Assembly: GCA_964016885.1 (NCBI GenBank)
Contig: OZ024763.1
Coordinates: 27,776,001 to 27,840,000 of the forward strand
Direction of reading: 5' to 3'
Source of the DNA: Eledone cirrhosa
Lineage: Eukaryota
Length of the DNA: 64,000 bases
Shown: in pieces, positions 29,685 to 44,773 of the stretch
How positions within the stretch are numbered: the first letter of the stretch is position 1
How the letters are laid out: every line of letters begins with the position of its first letter
The notes under the pieces: model-generated
The model's database searches: none
The model's input: only the letters and a program-made list of their open reading frames with translations
Told to the model about the DNA's origin: nothing
Position numbers and translations under genes: made by a program

Positions 29685-30061
29685 ATGGAAAGTTATATTT
29701 AAATTGTTGGGTTACAACTAGTAAATATTTATAACTGATATAAAAGCACTCAACAAGTATTTGGAGTATATTTACGATATTAAATAAATGGAAACTATAT
29801 TTATAAAACCATATTTATTTCATTATATATATTTCAGGGATATCATATTAACAATATGTTATGCCTTCCTCAGACAAAATACAATATAGACAGTTTTATA
29901 GATAAATAGATTTGACATACCGTTCAACATCGACTTGTATTTGAAAAAGTTGATTTGGCAGTGAAAAATTGTAAACAGAAAGAAAGAAAGAGAGAAAGAA
30001 GGAAAGAAAGGAAGAAAACGAAGAAAAAGAAGAAAAAGAAGAAATGCATGCAACAAAATAC

Positions 30062-30064
<3 letters not shown>
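29685..30064 (-). repeat. 5' pseudo-LTR of the PLE
   Basis: Near-identical to 25849-26232; ends ~50 bp upstream of the ORF ATG. Confidence 0.92.
29816..29881 (-). ncRNA. Type I hammerhead ribozyme in the 5' pLTR
   Basis: Identical to 25980-26045. Confidence 0.85.
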
Positions 30065-30233
<169 letters not shown>

Positions 30234-30587
30234 TAGTATATCTACTAACATATGCGTACAGATGTACGCTAATGCTAGCAAATACATAAGTTATGTCATA
30301 GTACCTAGGTGGTTCAATGCAGGAGGATGCAGAACAATAATATAAAAGACGTAAAATAAGAAAATTTAAAAAAAATTTTTAAAAATTAACTTACTAAAAT
30401 TAGTTGGAGTGAAAATTTTAGTAAGTGTAATTTTTTAAATTTTTTTTAAATTTTCTTATTTTACGTCTTTTATATATATATATATATATAATGTGTGTGT
30501 GTGTGTGTAAAAGGTAAAGAGAAATAACAACACAATTGGTACAGTATATAGAAGGGATATATTAGCTTAATTCTTGATATATCAGCA

Positions 30588-30632
30588 AGAGGGTCTTAAT
30601 GTTTCGGACGCTAGCCCTTCATCAGGAGAAAG
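30588..30632 (-). ncRNA. HHR-like motif, degenerate
   Basis: CUGAUGA-AGGGCUAGCGUCC-GAAAC; no clear NUH or stem I. Confidence 0.4.
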
Positions 30633-31122
30633 AATGAGAAATAAGAAAGATTGAAGGGACGGACGGGTTGGAATTGGAAAAAAATGTCTTTAGATAAAAA
30701 TAACAGGTCCATTGATGTCCATTCATGTCCCTTCATCTCTTGGAAAACTGTTAATGCTGGCGTCTTGTGTATGATATATTTTTTAAAAAGTTTTTTTGTG
30801 TGTGTATTTATATATATATTTATAAACACACACAGACATATATATATATACGCATACATAAATGTGTATCTATATATATATAAATCTATGTGTGTGTATA
30901 TATATATATATATAAATGGAAAATGTACGTATGACGTAATTCGGGCTGTTTGTTTGTTTACAAACAAACAGCCCGAACATTATAATAAATGTTCGGTAAA
31001 CCGATACGTACATATATATGTGTGCATGTATGTATATATATACATACTACTGTACGTCTGTATACATATATGTATGTACGTATACATACATACTTACATT
31101 TATATATATATATATATATATT

Positions 31123-31436
31123 TCGTTTCTGAATTTGTTTAGCAAGATTCTTTATCTGAAAACGTGTGTTGAAACCGATATTGTTATACTTTGGGAGGGT
31201 CATGTTGCCAATAAGAAACACACGCACCAGTTGCATTCACTTCAATTTATTATAATAAATTTATAAATTTTAAGAATTTATAAATTTCCGGTTGGTTGAT
31301 TCCACAACCAGATGGTTGTTTATATATTGTCAAAGTTCTTTCGTCACACATTCTGTGACCTCTTCAGTGACTGGGGATTCTTTTCTTTGTTTTCGTGCCT
31401 CTCCTTTGTTCTGTCCTACGCCATCTTGTTTCTGTG
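31123..31436 (-). mobile_element. Second copy of the ~320-bp element, HHR at 31329-31371
   Basis: GUCA-CUGAAGA-gGUCACAgaaugUGUGAC-GAAA-GAAC-UU-UGAC. Confidence 0.75.
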
Positions 31437-31445
31437 TGTGTGTTC

Positions 31446-31480
<35 letters not shown>

Positions 31481-31605
31481 GTGAATATAGACATAGAATA
31501 TTCGAAAATATTCTGTATGTTTATAATAAACATTTTGAAGACCTAATCGCTATAGAATAGAATACGTCACGTATTACAATTAGATTCTCGATAAAAGCAA
31601 GGGAA

Positions 31606-31648
31606 GTAATCTACGCGTTTCATTCTTGTTAGAAATCTTCAGGACTAC
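31606..31648 (-). ncRNA. Minimal type I hammerhead ribozyme
   Basis: GUAGUC-CUGAAGA-UUUCUaacaAGAAU-GAAA-CGCG-UA^GAUUAC; 6-bp stem I, palindromic stem III. Confidence 0.8.
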
Positions 31649-31761
31649 ATATCCAGTGCTTTTATATATCGCTATTTCAGAGCATTTATTCCAATATATA
31701 TATATATTTAAATATATAAATGTATCTAAATGAGTGGTGTGTGTGTGTATAAATATGTGTG

Positions 31762-31827
<66 letters not shown>

Positions 31828-32456
31828 AATATATGTACGTATAAGTAATAAGAAGTCAATATGAACTTTAATGTCTTTAACTGTCTGGGCCTCAACAAAA
31901 AATAATTCATTATCTTATGTCAGAATATTTGTTAAGAACACAGTATTAAGAATTTTTGTTTTTTAAACACTTTAGTCTTTATTGTGTTGTATCAGATGAA
32001 AGAATGGTATTTAACTAATGTATTGGTACGCGATGGGGCCCACCCACGATAGGAAAAGAGTCAGGACCCCGAAGGCTGTGCCTATACTAGAAATCATAAT
32101 TTTTTTTTTCAAATTTTTGGTTGGCAAAATTAGGGTGCGTCCTCGACGACGAAGAGTATTCGGCGACGGGAAATACGGTACCTCATTTATGATATTCAGC
32201 CGAACACACTAACTATAAACGACGCGTCTTCACTGCCGCACATGTTCATTTCGACACAGTTTCCCTGACTGACTTATGCCCCTTTATTCCAATGCTTAAT
32301 AACACCAATGTTTCGTCATCGGCTATAGACGGCGTAACGTGTGATTTGGAGCGACAGGGGGGATTTCGGGTTCTACGTTGTCTAGTTTGTGTGTAGTATA
32401 TGTTGTATAGCATGTAGTGGCTAGGTGGTATGTGTTGGAGTGTACTACGTCTACTG

Positions 32457-32525
<69 letters not shown>

Positions 32526-32653
32526 TTACTACTACTACTACTTATGTTGAATCTACTACTACTACCACCACCACCACCACAACCACCACTACCACCACAA
32601 CCAGTACTACTACCACCACCACTACTACTAACACTACCACCACCACTACCGCT

Positions 32654-32687
<34 letters not shown>

Positions 32688-32750
32688 CACTCTACTACCA
32701 CTACTACTACTACCACCACTACCACCACCACCACCACTCTACTACCATTG

Positions 32751-32790
<40 letters not shown>

Positions 32791-32866
32791 CACTACTACT
32801 ACCACTACCACCACTACCACTACTACTACTACCACCACTACCACCACCACCACTCTACTACCATTG

Positions 32867-32897
<31 letters not shown>

Positions 32898-33104
32898 CAC
32901 TACTACTACCACTACTACTACTACCACCACTACCACTACTACTACAACCAACACTACCACCACCACCAGCACCACCACCACCACTACTATATCTTTAAGT
33001 AGTTGTCATGTCTGACAGCTTCTTAAAGCAATCACAAATTGCAATGTTCAGAAACCATTCAATTAAGACAACATAAAATATAAGGTAAAAAATAAAAATA
33101 GACA

Positions 33105-34060
33105 TGTGTGTTGGTGGTGGTGTGGCGGTGGTGGTGTGGCTGTGGTTGTGTTGGTGGTGTCGTTGTGGTGGTGTTGGTGGTGTGGTTGTGGTGTTGGTGG
33201 TGTGGTTGTGGTGTTTGTGGTGGTGGTGGTGGTGGTGTTGTTATTGTGGTGGTGGTCTGGTGGTGGTGGTGGTGTGGTTGTGGTGGTGATGGTGGTGTGG
33301 TTGTGGTGTTGGTGGTGGTCTGGTTGTGGTGGTGTTGGTGGTGTGGTTGTGGTGTTGGTGGTGGTCTGGTTGTGGTGGTGTTGGTGGTGTGGTTGTGGTG
33401 ATGGTGGTGGTGTGGTGGTGGTGGTGTTGGTGGTGGTAGTGTGGTGGTGTTGGTGGTGGTGTGGTTGTGGTGGTGTTGTGGTGTTGGTGGTGGTGTGGTG
33501 GTGTGGTTGTGGTGGTGGTGGTGGTGTGGCTTTGGTGGTGTTGGTGGTGGTGTAGTTGTGGTTGTGGTGTTGGTGGTGGTCTGGTTGTGGTGGTGGTGTG
33601 GTTGTTGTGGTGTTGGTGGTGTGGTTGTAGTGTTGGTGGTTGTGTGGTTGTGGTGGTGGTGGTGGTGTGGTTGTGGTGGTGTTGGTGGTGTGGTTGGTGG
33701 TGTTGGTGGTGTGGTTGTGGTGTTGGTGGTGGTCTGGTTGTGGTGGTGTTGGTGGTGGTGGTGGTGTGGTTGTTGTGGTGGTGGTGGTGTGGTTGTGGTG
33801 GTGTTGGTGGTGTGGTTGTGGTGTTGTTGTGGTGGTGTGGTTGTGGTGTTGGTGGTGGTGTGGTTGTGGTGTTGGTGGTGTGGTTGTGGTGATAGTGGTG
33901 TGGTGGTGGTGGTGGTGTGGTTGTGGTGGTTGTGGTGGTGTGGTTGTGGTGTTGGTAGTGGTGTGGTTGTGGTGGTGTTGTGGTGGTGGTTTTGGTGGTG
34001 GTGGTGTGGTTGTGGTGTTGGTGGTGGTGGTGTTGGTGGTGTGGTGGTGGTGGTGGTTAT
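33105..34060. repeat. (GGT/GTT)n low-complexity tract; complementary (ACC)n tracts at 32455-32990, 35890-37294 and 51640-52735
   Basis: Direct inspection. Confidence 0.9.
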
Positions 34061-35399
34061 TGTCCTTGAGGTGGGAATGGCAGGGACGATGATGATGATG
34101 GTGGTGTTAGTGGTGATGGTTATGGTTGTATAGGGACCGATAGGTTTGTACAGAAACTCCAGTTTTGTCACTGGTTCGCCACTGGTTCTCTCCCCTTTGC
34201 TATTTCCTTCCCTACTCTTCCAACGCACAAAACGTCTTCCTTTCTTCGCTCACTCTCTCTCTTTGCCTTTCTCTCTCTCACTCTATCTCTCCCTTCCTCC
34301 CTCTCACTTTTTTCTTGTCTTTCTTACAGTTATTCTCTCACTACTTATCTCCCTTGGCTCTCCTCTGCTCCCCTTTCTTCCATCTCACACACTGTCACTT
34401 TTCACTCCTCCACCTCTATCCTTCTCTCTCCTCCTACCATATACACGCTGTCATACTATCACTCACTGCTTATCTCCCCTTGGTTCTCCCCTCCAACTCT
34501 GTCTTCCATCTCACACACTGTCGCTTGTTCTCTCCTACCTACCATATACACACTGTCATACTATCTCTCCCTGCTTACCTCCCCTTAGCTCTCCGTTCCG
34601 CTCCCACTTCCACGCTGACAGACTGTCACTCACCCAGTTTATGTTTGTTTGTCTGTTGGTATTTTCAACGTCCACCACACGATCACTCCTTTGTGCTCGG
34701 CTCTCTGTTGACTGTCTGAATGCCTGGCTGTCTGTGTGTCTGTCTGTCTGGCTGGCTGTCTGTTTGACTGAGTGTCTGTCTGTGTGTCTGTGTGTCTGTC
34801 TGGCTGACTGTCAGTTTGTCGTTCATGGCCGTGTGCATTTTATTTTCTTCTTCTAGCTTTTTTTCTCTTTTTTCTTCTTCTTCGCCTTCTTTTTCTTCTA
34901 CTTCTTCCCTTCTTCTTCTTCTTTTCCTTCTTCTTTTCCTTCTTTTTCTTTTCTTTCTTCTTCTTCTTCTTCTTCTTCTTCTTCTTCTTCTTCTTCTTCT
35001 TCTTCTTCTAAATAAATATGAGAAAGAAAGATAAAAGCACAATTAAGAAATGAGAAAATGAGTGAAGGGATTAACAAGGGCAGATCTGGTTGTACAGGAA
35101 AGTACAGGAAAGGACTATCAATGGTATCTATAAGAGGAAAACGATGGGAATCTAGGGCCACAGCAGAAACGGATGCGAAGGGGGAGAGGGTGATGGCATG
35201 TGTGGGCCTTGTACGCGGCGGTTTTGGGGCCGTGCCTCGCGGAGAAATCAGCAAAGGCATTTCCTGCGGACAATGGCCAGCGACACCCGCTGCACCAGCC
35301 CCCACCCCGCGGAGTTCCTTCTTCAGATGGGGGCTGCTGACGTTTATACTGTATATGATTTTGCCGTTTACTTTATTATTGAGATGATCTCTCTTTCTC

Positions 35400-35480
<81 letters not shown>

Positions 35481-37294
35481 ATTTCATTCTACACACCTCT
35501 CTCTCTCCGATACTTCTCCCCAACTTGTTCCCTATTACTGTCCTCTCTTATGTTTGTGTGTTCTTCAAACACAACCAGCAATACAACCAAATCGCTATTA
35601 CAACCACCAGCCCACCCCCACCACCAACGCCACCCTACTACCCCGCCACCGCCAGTACCACTAACGCACCCCCATACTCTCATCACCAACGCCGCCATCA
35701 TTGCCAGTAACTTTCCCGCGTTTCGAAATCTTCTAAATTTAACTAAAGTAATCACACCACCGACTCCTCACCCTCCGCCTCCTCACCCTCCGCCTCCTCA
35801 CCCTCCGCCTCCTCACCCTCCGCCTCCCCTTCCGCCCACCTTCTCTCTCCAGGTCAATTAATCAACAAAATAGCATCGGGCTCACCACACCCCACCCCCG
35901 CCACGCCCCACCACCACCACCAACACCATCACCACCGCCATCACTGCCACCATCACCACCACCACCACCACCATCACCACCACCACCACCACCACCACCA
36001 CCATCACTCCGATCACCAATACTAATCACCTACACAAACCACCACCACCACCACCGCCTTCGCCACCACCACCATTTCCACTAAAACACCACCATCTCCA
36101 CCTAAACACCACCATCACCACATAAACACCACCATCGCCACCACCTCCACCATCTTGACCTAAACATCACCACCACCATCCTCACTTACACACCACCATC
36201 TCCGCCTAAACACCACCATCACCACCGCCATCCTAACCAACACAAACCACCACCACAACCATCAAGATCACCGCCATTAACACTACCACGACCACGACGA
36301 CAACCACCGATCAACACCTCCACCACCACCACCACCACTAACACCAACACCAACCAATCCCCACCTACAACACCAGCAACACCACCACGACAACACGCAC
36401 CACCACCACCTCCTCCAACACTCCGATCACAAAATCGACGACGGAGGCCACTTTCAGCTCAAACCATCATACCATCAACGACCACTCCATCAACAACATC
36501 TACACACCACCACTAACACCTCAATTGACGCCACCACCACTAACACCCCCACCGCCACCACCACCACCACCAATACTTTAACTACCATACCACCCACCAT
36601 TTCACCGTCGCTATCATCGTTCAACAACCCCTACCTCAACATTATCCAACACCACCACTACTACCATCGGCATCCAATCCCACCACCACTATCGGCATCC
36701 AACACCCCGCTACTTCCTCCTCCCCTATAAACCGACACCACCACCACCACCTCCAGCACGCCCACACCGCCATCACCACCACTATCAGCTCCAACAGCGC
36801 CGCAACCACTACCGTCGCACAACCTCCCCACCACCATTACCCACACACCGTCAAGCGGCACCCGCACCTCCAATACCACCCGACACCCCACCACCACCAA
36901 CACCAGACAACAAAGCCCTACAACACCACCAACACCACCACATCTCCCGCACCACCACACCGCCACCCCACACCACCACCACTACTTTCAGCTCCACATT
37001 ACCCAGCACCACCACTAACATCACCTCCAATACCCCCAACACCAAACCACCACCACCACCATCAACCCCCACACCACCATCCAACAACCCCAGCCACTAC
37101 CACTACCGTTCCACCACATCCCCTCCTCCTCTACCACCACCAGCACTAACACCACCATCCAACACCACACCACCACCAAACACCACACCACCACCAAACA
37201 CCACACCACCACCAAACACCACACCACCACCAAACACCACACCACCACCAAATACCACTACCAACACCACGCCATCGCCAACACCACACCACCA

Positions 37295-37494
37295 NNNNNN
37301 NNNNNNNNNNNNNNNNNNNNNNNNNNNNNNNNNNNNNNNNNNNNNNNNNNNNNNNNNNNNNNNNNNNNNNNNNNNNNNNNNNNNNNNNNNNNNNNNNNNN
37401 NNNNNNNNNNNNNNNNNNNNNNNNNNNNNNNNNNNNNNNNNNNNNNNNNNNNNNNNNNNNNNNNNNNNNNNNNNNNNNNNNNNNNNNNNNNNNN
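37295..37494. other. Assembly gap (200 N)
   Basis: Run of n. Confidence 1.
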
Positions 37495-38130
37495 TGGTGT
37501 GAAAGGTAACCGACCTGACATTGTAATTGAAGACGAAGGGGAGAATTAGAACCGAGGGTGAGCGAACGTGAAATAGTGAGAGTAAGTAAAAGAGAGGGGA
37601 GGAGAGAGAGAGGGGGAGGGGGGGGGGGAGAAAGCAAGACAAGGATAGAGAGAGAGAGGGAGGTATAAAGAGTGAGAGAGCCGGAGAGATTAAGAAATAA
37701 GCAGAAAATGTGGAGAACCTGAGAGAGATAGTCTGAGAGATTGAGAGAGAAAGACAGACAGAGAGAGAGGCAGAAAGAATGAGCGAGAGTCGGAGAGATT
37801 GAGACGGAGTGGGAGAGACCGAAAGATTGAGAGAGAGTGGGAGAGAGAGAGAGATTGAGAGAGAGTGGGAGAGAGATTGAGAGAGAGTGGGAGAGAGATT
37901 GAGAGAGAGTGGGAGAGAGTGGGAGAGAGAGAGTGGGAGAGAGAAAGTGGGAGAGAGAGAGTGGGAGATAGAGAGAGTGGAGAGAGAGAGTGGGATATAG
38001 AGAGAGTGGAGAGAGAGTGGGAGGAAGAGAGAGTGGAGAGAGAGTGGGAGGGAGAGAGAGTGGAGAGAGAGTGGGAGGGAGAGAGAGTGGAGAGAGAGTG
38101 GGAGGGAGAGAGAGTGGAGGGATAGTGTGG

Positions 38131-38179
<49 letters not shown>

Positions 38180-38596
38180 AGAGAGAGAGAGAGAGAGTGG
38201 GAGAGAGAGTGTGAGAGAGTGGGAGAGAGAGTGGGAGAGAGAGAGTGGGAGAGAGAGAGTGGGAGAGAGAAAGTGGGAGAGAGAAAGTGGGAGAGAGAGA
38301 GAGATTGGGAGAGAGAGAGATTGAGAGAGAGAAACTGTGCTGTTGGTGGAGAATGAGAGACAGAAAGAGAGGGTCGGAGAGATTGAGAGAGAGAGTGAGA
38401 GAGTAACTGAGAGAGTGGGAGAGAGGGGAGAGAGAGAGAGTTGGAGAGTGGGAGAGAGAGACTGAGAGAGAGAGAGTGGGAGAGAGAGAGAGAGACCGAG
38501 AAAGAGAGAGAGAGAGAGCGAGAGAGAGGGACAGAGAGAAGCCGTGCTGTTGGTTGTAGTGGGGTGGAGAATGAGAGAGACAGAGAGGTAGAATGA

Positions 38597-38668
<72 letters not shown>

Positions 38669-39133
38669 GGGAGAGAGAGAGAGAGTGGGAGACAGAGAGA
38701 GTGAGAGAGAGTGAGAGAGACTGAAAGAGAGAGAGAGTGAGAGAGAGTGAGAGAGACTGAAAGAGAGATAGAGTGAGAGAGAGTGGGAGAGAGTGAGAGA
38801 GAGTGGGAGAGAGTGAGAAATATTGAGAGAGAGAGAGTGGGAGAGAGAGAGAGAGACTGAGAGAATGGGAGAGTGGGAGAGACTGAGAGAATGGGAGAGT
38901 GGGAGAGACTGAGAGAAATGGGAGAGAGAGAGAATGGGGGAGAGAGAGAGAGACTGAGGTGAGAGAGAGAGTGGGAGAGAGAGAGAGAGAGAGAGAGAGG
39001 GGTCAGAGAGAGAGGGGGTCAGAGAGAAGCCGTGCTGGTGGTGGTGTTGGTGGATGTTTCTAGCCAAATCAATATTGAAGGAAGTCACACGGTCATACAA
39101 TCCGAAAACATCCATTTCTTCATGTTGCTGTTA

Positions 39134-39264
39134 CTGTTACTACTACTACAGCTACTACTACCACCTGTACTAGTGTTACTAATACTACCACTACTGTAAC
39201 TACTACTACTACTACAGCTACTACTACCACCTGTACTAGTGTTACTAATACTACCACTACTGTA

Positions 39265-39296
<32 letters not shown>

Positions 39297-42200
39297 AGCT
39301 ACTACTACCACCTGTACTAGTGTTACTAATACTACCACTACTACTACAGGCTACTACTACCACCTGTACTAGTGTTACTAATACTACCACTACTGTAACT
39401 ACTACTACTACTACAGCTACTACTACCACCTGTACTAGTGTTACTAATACTACCACTACTGTAACTACTACTACTACTACAGCTACTACTACCACCTGTA
39501 CTAGTGTTACTAATACTACCACTACTGTAACTACTACTACTACTACTACTACTACTACAGCTACTACTACCACCTGTACTAGTGTTACTAATACTACACC
39601 ACTACTGTAACTACTACTACTACTACAGCTACTACTACAGCTACTACGACCACCTGTACTAGTGTTACTAATACTACCACTACTGTAACTACTACTACTA
39701 CTACTACTACTACTCTACTACAGCTACTACTACCACCTGTACTAGTGTTACTAATACTACCACTACTGTAACTACTACTACTACTACTACTACTACTACA
39801 GCTACTACTACCACCTGTACTAGTGTTACTAATACTACCACTACTGTAACTACTACTACTACTACAGCTACTACTACCACCTGTACTAGTGTTACTAATA
39901 CTACCACTACTGTAACTACTACTACTACTACTACAGCTACTACTACCACCTGTACTAGTGTTACTAATACTACCACTACTGTAACTACTACTACTACTAC
40001 TACAGCTACTACTACCACCTGTACTAGTGTTACTAATACTACCACTACTGTAACTACTACTCTACTACTACAGCTACTACTACCACCTGTACTAGTGTTA
40101 CTAATACTACCACTACTGTAACTACTACTACAGCTACTACTACCACCTGTACTAGTGTTACTAATACTACCACTACTGTAACTCTACTACTACAGCTACT
40201 ACTACCACCTGTACTAGTGTTACTAATACTACCACTACTGTAACTACTACTACTACTACAGCTACTACTACCACCTGTACTAGTGTTACTAATACTACCA
40301 CTACTGTAACTACTACTACTACTACTACAGCTACTACTACCACCAGTACTAGTGTTACTAATACTACCACTACTGTTACTACTACTACAGCTACTACAGC
40401 TACTACTACCACCAGTACTAGTGTTACTAATACTACCACTACTGTAACTACTACAACTACTACTACAGCTACTACTACCACCTGTACTAGTGTTACTAAT
40501 ACTACCACTACTGTTACTACTACTACAGCTACTACTACCACCTGTACTAGTGTTACTAATACTACCACTACTGTAACTACTACTACTACTACAGCTACTA
40601 CTACCACCTGTACTAGTGTTACTAATACTACCACTACTGTAACTACTACTACTACTACAGCTACTACTACCACCAGTACTAGTGTTACTAATACTACCAC
40701 TACTGTAACTACTACTACTACTACTACAGCTACTACTACCACCTGTACTAGTGTTACTAATACTACCACTACTGTAACTACTACTACTACTACTACAGCT
40801 ACTACTACCACCTGTACTAGTGTTACTAATACTACCACTACTGTAACTACTACTACTACTACTACAGCTACTACTACCACCAGTACTAGTGTTACTAATA
40901 CTACCACTACTGTAACTACTACTACTACTACTACAGCTACTACTACCACCAGTACTAGTGTTACTAATACTACCACTACTGTAACTACTACTACTACTAC
41001 TACTACAGCTACTACTACCACCTGTACTAGTGTTACTAATACTACCACTACTGTAACTACTACTACTACTACGACAGCTACTACTACCACCTGTACTAGT
41101 GTTACTAATACTACCACTACTGTAATTACTACTACTACTACGACAGCTACTACTACCACCAGTACTAGTGTTACTAATACTACCACTACTGTAACTACTA
41201 CTACTACTACTACTACCACCAGTACTAGTGTTACTAATACTACCACTACTGTAACTACTACTACTACTACTACTACCACCAGTACTAGTGTTACTAATAC
41301 TACCACTACTGGAACTACTACTACTACTACTACTACTACAGCTACTACTACCACCAGTACTAGTGTTACTAATACTACCACTACTGGAACTACTACTACT
41401 ACTACTACTACCACCAGTACTAGTGTTACTAATACTACCACTACTGGAACTACTACTACTACTACTACTACTACAGCTACTACTACCACCAGTACTAGTG
41501 TTACTAATACTACCACTACTGTAACTACTACTACTACTACTACTACCACCAGTACTAGTGTTACTAATACTACCACTACTGGAACTACTACTACTACTAC
41601 TACTACTACAGCTACTACTACCACCAGTACTAGTGTTACTAATACTACCACTACTGTAACTACTACTACTACTACTACTACCACCAGTACTAGTGTTACT
41701 AATACTACCACTACTGTAACTACTACTACAGCTACTACTACCACCTGTACTAGTGTTACTAATACTACCACTACTGTAACTACTACTACTACTACTACAG
41801 CTACCACCAGTACTAGTGTTACTAATACTACCACTACTGTAACTACTACTACTACTACAGCTACTACTACCACCAGTACTAGTGTTACTAATACTACCAC
41901 TACTGTAACTACTACTACTACTACTACAGCTACTACTACCACCAGTACTAGTGTTACTAATACTACCACTACTGTAACTACTACTACTACTACTACAGCT
42001 ACTACTACCACCAGTACTAGTGTTACTAATACTACCACTACTGTAACTACTACTACTACTACTACAGCTACTACTACCACCAGTACTAGTGTTACTAATA
42101 CTACCACTACTGTAACTACTACTACTACTACAGCTACTACTACCACCTGTACTAGTGTTACTAATACTACCACTACTGTAACTACTACTACTACTACGAC

Positions 42201-42730
42201 AGCTACTACTACCACCTGTACTAGTGTTACTAATACTACCACTACTGTAACTACTACTACAGCTACTACTACCACCAGTACTAGTGTTACTAATACTACC
42301 ACTACTGTAACTACTACTACTACTACTACAGCTACTACTACCACCAGTACTAGTGTTACTAATACTACCACTACTGGAACTACTACTACTACTACTACTA
42401 CTACAGCTACTACTACCACCAGTACTAGTGTTACTAATACTACCACTACTGTAACTACTACTACTACTACTACCACCAGTACTAGTGTTACTAATACTAC
42501 CACTACTGTAACTACTACTACTACTACTACCACCAGTACTAGTGTTACTAATACTACCACTACTGTAACTACTACTACAGCTACTACTACCACCTGTACT
42601 AGTGTTACTAATACTACCACTACTGTAACTACTACTACTACTACGACAGCTACTACTACCACCTGTACTAGTGTTACTAATACTACCACTACTGTAACTA
42701 CTTCTACTACTACTACTACTACTACTACCA
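39134..42730. repeat. 3.6-kb (CTA)n-derived minisatellite, ~57-66-bp unit
   Basis: Unit cagctactactaccacc(t/a)gtactagtgttactaatactaccactactg(t/g)aa(cta)n. Confidence 0.95.
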
Positions 42731-42795
42731 CTCGATAGATATATACTGTATATATATAGAGGGATAAGTGTGTGTATGTATACATATATATATAT

Positions 42796-42953
<158 letters not shown>

Positions 42954-42971
42954 TATACATAAATATACATA

Positions 42972-43099
<128 letters not shown>

Positions 43100-43248
43100 T
43101 ATATACATATACATATATATATACATATATATATATATACATATATATATACATATATATATACATATATATATACATATATATATACATATACATATAT
43201 ATATACATATATATATACATATATATATACATATATATATACATATAC

Positions 43249-43450
<202 letters not shown>

Positions 43451-43634
43451 CATATATATATATATACATATATATTTATACACATATATATTTATACATA
43501 TATATAGAGAGAGAGAGAGCCAAATAGATTGATGGGAAGATAGATAGGTAGGTAAGCAGGTCTATTTCTCTCTCTCTCTCCGTATATATACCTAACTCTC
43601 TAGCTCTTTCCCCTCTCTCTCTCACTCTTTTCCC

Positions 43635-43720
<86 letters not shown>

Positions 43721-43970
43721 GTAGGAGGTGAGTTTTATTGTAGTACAATAAAGCAAAGCAAATATCGGATAAGAAGCACTCTACAGTTTGTAGGACTGGA
43801 GTATAAATAATATATAAGATCAAAAGATGGTTAAAACAGTTCCATGTATTTTATTATGCGCATTTCAAAAACAAATATCATCATGCGATGACATTTGCGT
43901 TTTCGTCAGATAAAATAGGGAGACATGATATGAAGGTTAAAAAACACTTGTGAATAGTGCAGTTTTAAAT

Positions 43971-43975
<5 letters not shown>
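43721..43975 (-). mobile_element. Solo pLTR-like, HHR-bearing non-coding PLE derivative in (TA)n
   Basis: ~250-bp island between (TA)n runs; contains the HHR and an AAGCACTC..GGAGTATA motif like the PLE pLTR. Confidence 0.7.
43847..43917 (-). ncRNA. Type I hammerhead ribozyme, intact
   Basis: UAUUUUAU-CUGACGA-AAACGCAAAUGUCAUCgcauGAUGAUAUUUGUUUUU-GAAA-UGCGCA-UA^AUAAAAUA; perfect 8-bp stem I, long stem II, palindromic stem III. Confidence 0.9.
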
Positions 43976-44018
<43 letters not shown>

Positions 44019-44294
44019 AAATATAGAGAAAAATACTGCAGGTAGCACATGGATAACATGTAATAAAATGAGTCCCTCGTCAGTGATTTGCCGACGATCA
44101 TCGATATTTCATTGCATTAAAAATCATATACCTCACGTCGGTGCAATAATAACCAAAATAAGTTATTAGGACAATTGAAACGCGTAAAGCGAGTGAGACA
44201 GGAGAACAACACAGAGTATAGCTAACCGTAGGGGAAAGAAACAAGCTTCAAAATTATTCTGTTTAGCATAAGCTAGGTGAATATATGAGCTTAC

Positions 44295-44443
44295 ACAGAT
44301 CACGCGGCTAAATTAGCGGTCGCTATTTTCTATTTGCAAAGCCCTTTTAAACTGTAGGTTATTACTCTGAGGTTTATTCCTTGTCGAGTGCTTGGCTCCT
44401 CTACTGAAGGCATTCGTTGGCTTGGCTGCTGATCGAACTTCGA
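44295..44443. repeat. ~150-bp dispersed repeat, copy 1
   Basis: Near-identical to 48449-48597. Confidence 0.8.
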
Positions 44444-44459
44444 ATATGCTGTACTATTG

Positions 44460-44513
<54 letters not shown>

Positions 44514-44718
44514 TGAGAGAGAGAGGAGGGGTGAGAGAGAGAGAGGGGGGGAGTGAGAGAGAGAGGGGAAAGAGTGAGAGAAAAAGCTAGAGAGAGAGAA
44601 AAGTCGAGACAGTTAGGTTGAGCGAACGAGAGAGAGAGAGAGAGCGAGATGGGGGAAAGAGTGAGAGAGAGAGAGAAAGAGCTAGAGAGAGAGAAAGACC
44701 GAGAGAGTTAGATTGAGC

Positions 44719-44773
<55 letters not shown>

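Noticed and set aside
32100-32180. Possible Tc1/pogo-type terminus (aaatacggta)
   Set aside because: No matching opposite TIR found.
35255-35330. CUGAAGA..GAAA on the minus strand as an HHR
   Set aside because: No pairable stems I-III.
39134-42730. CRISPR-like array
   Set aside because: The variable parts are only (CTA)n length changes, with no unique spacers or cas genes, and the context is eukaryotic.
44070-44190. CUGACGA/GAAA (minus) and GAAACGCGUA (plus) as HHRs
   Set aside because: The core halves cannot be joined with consistent stems; at most a remnant.
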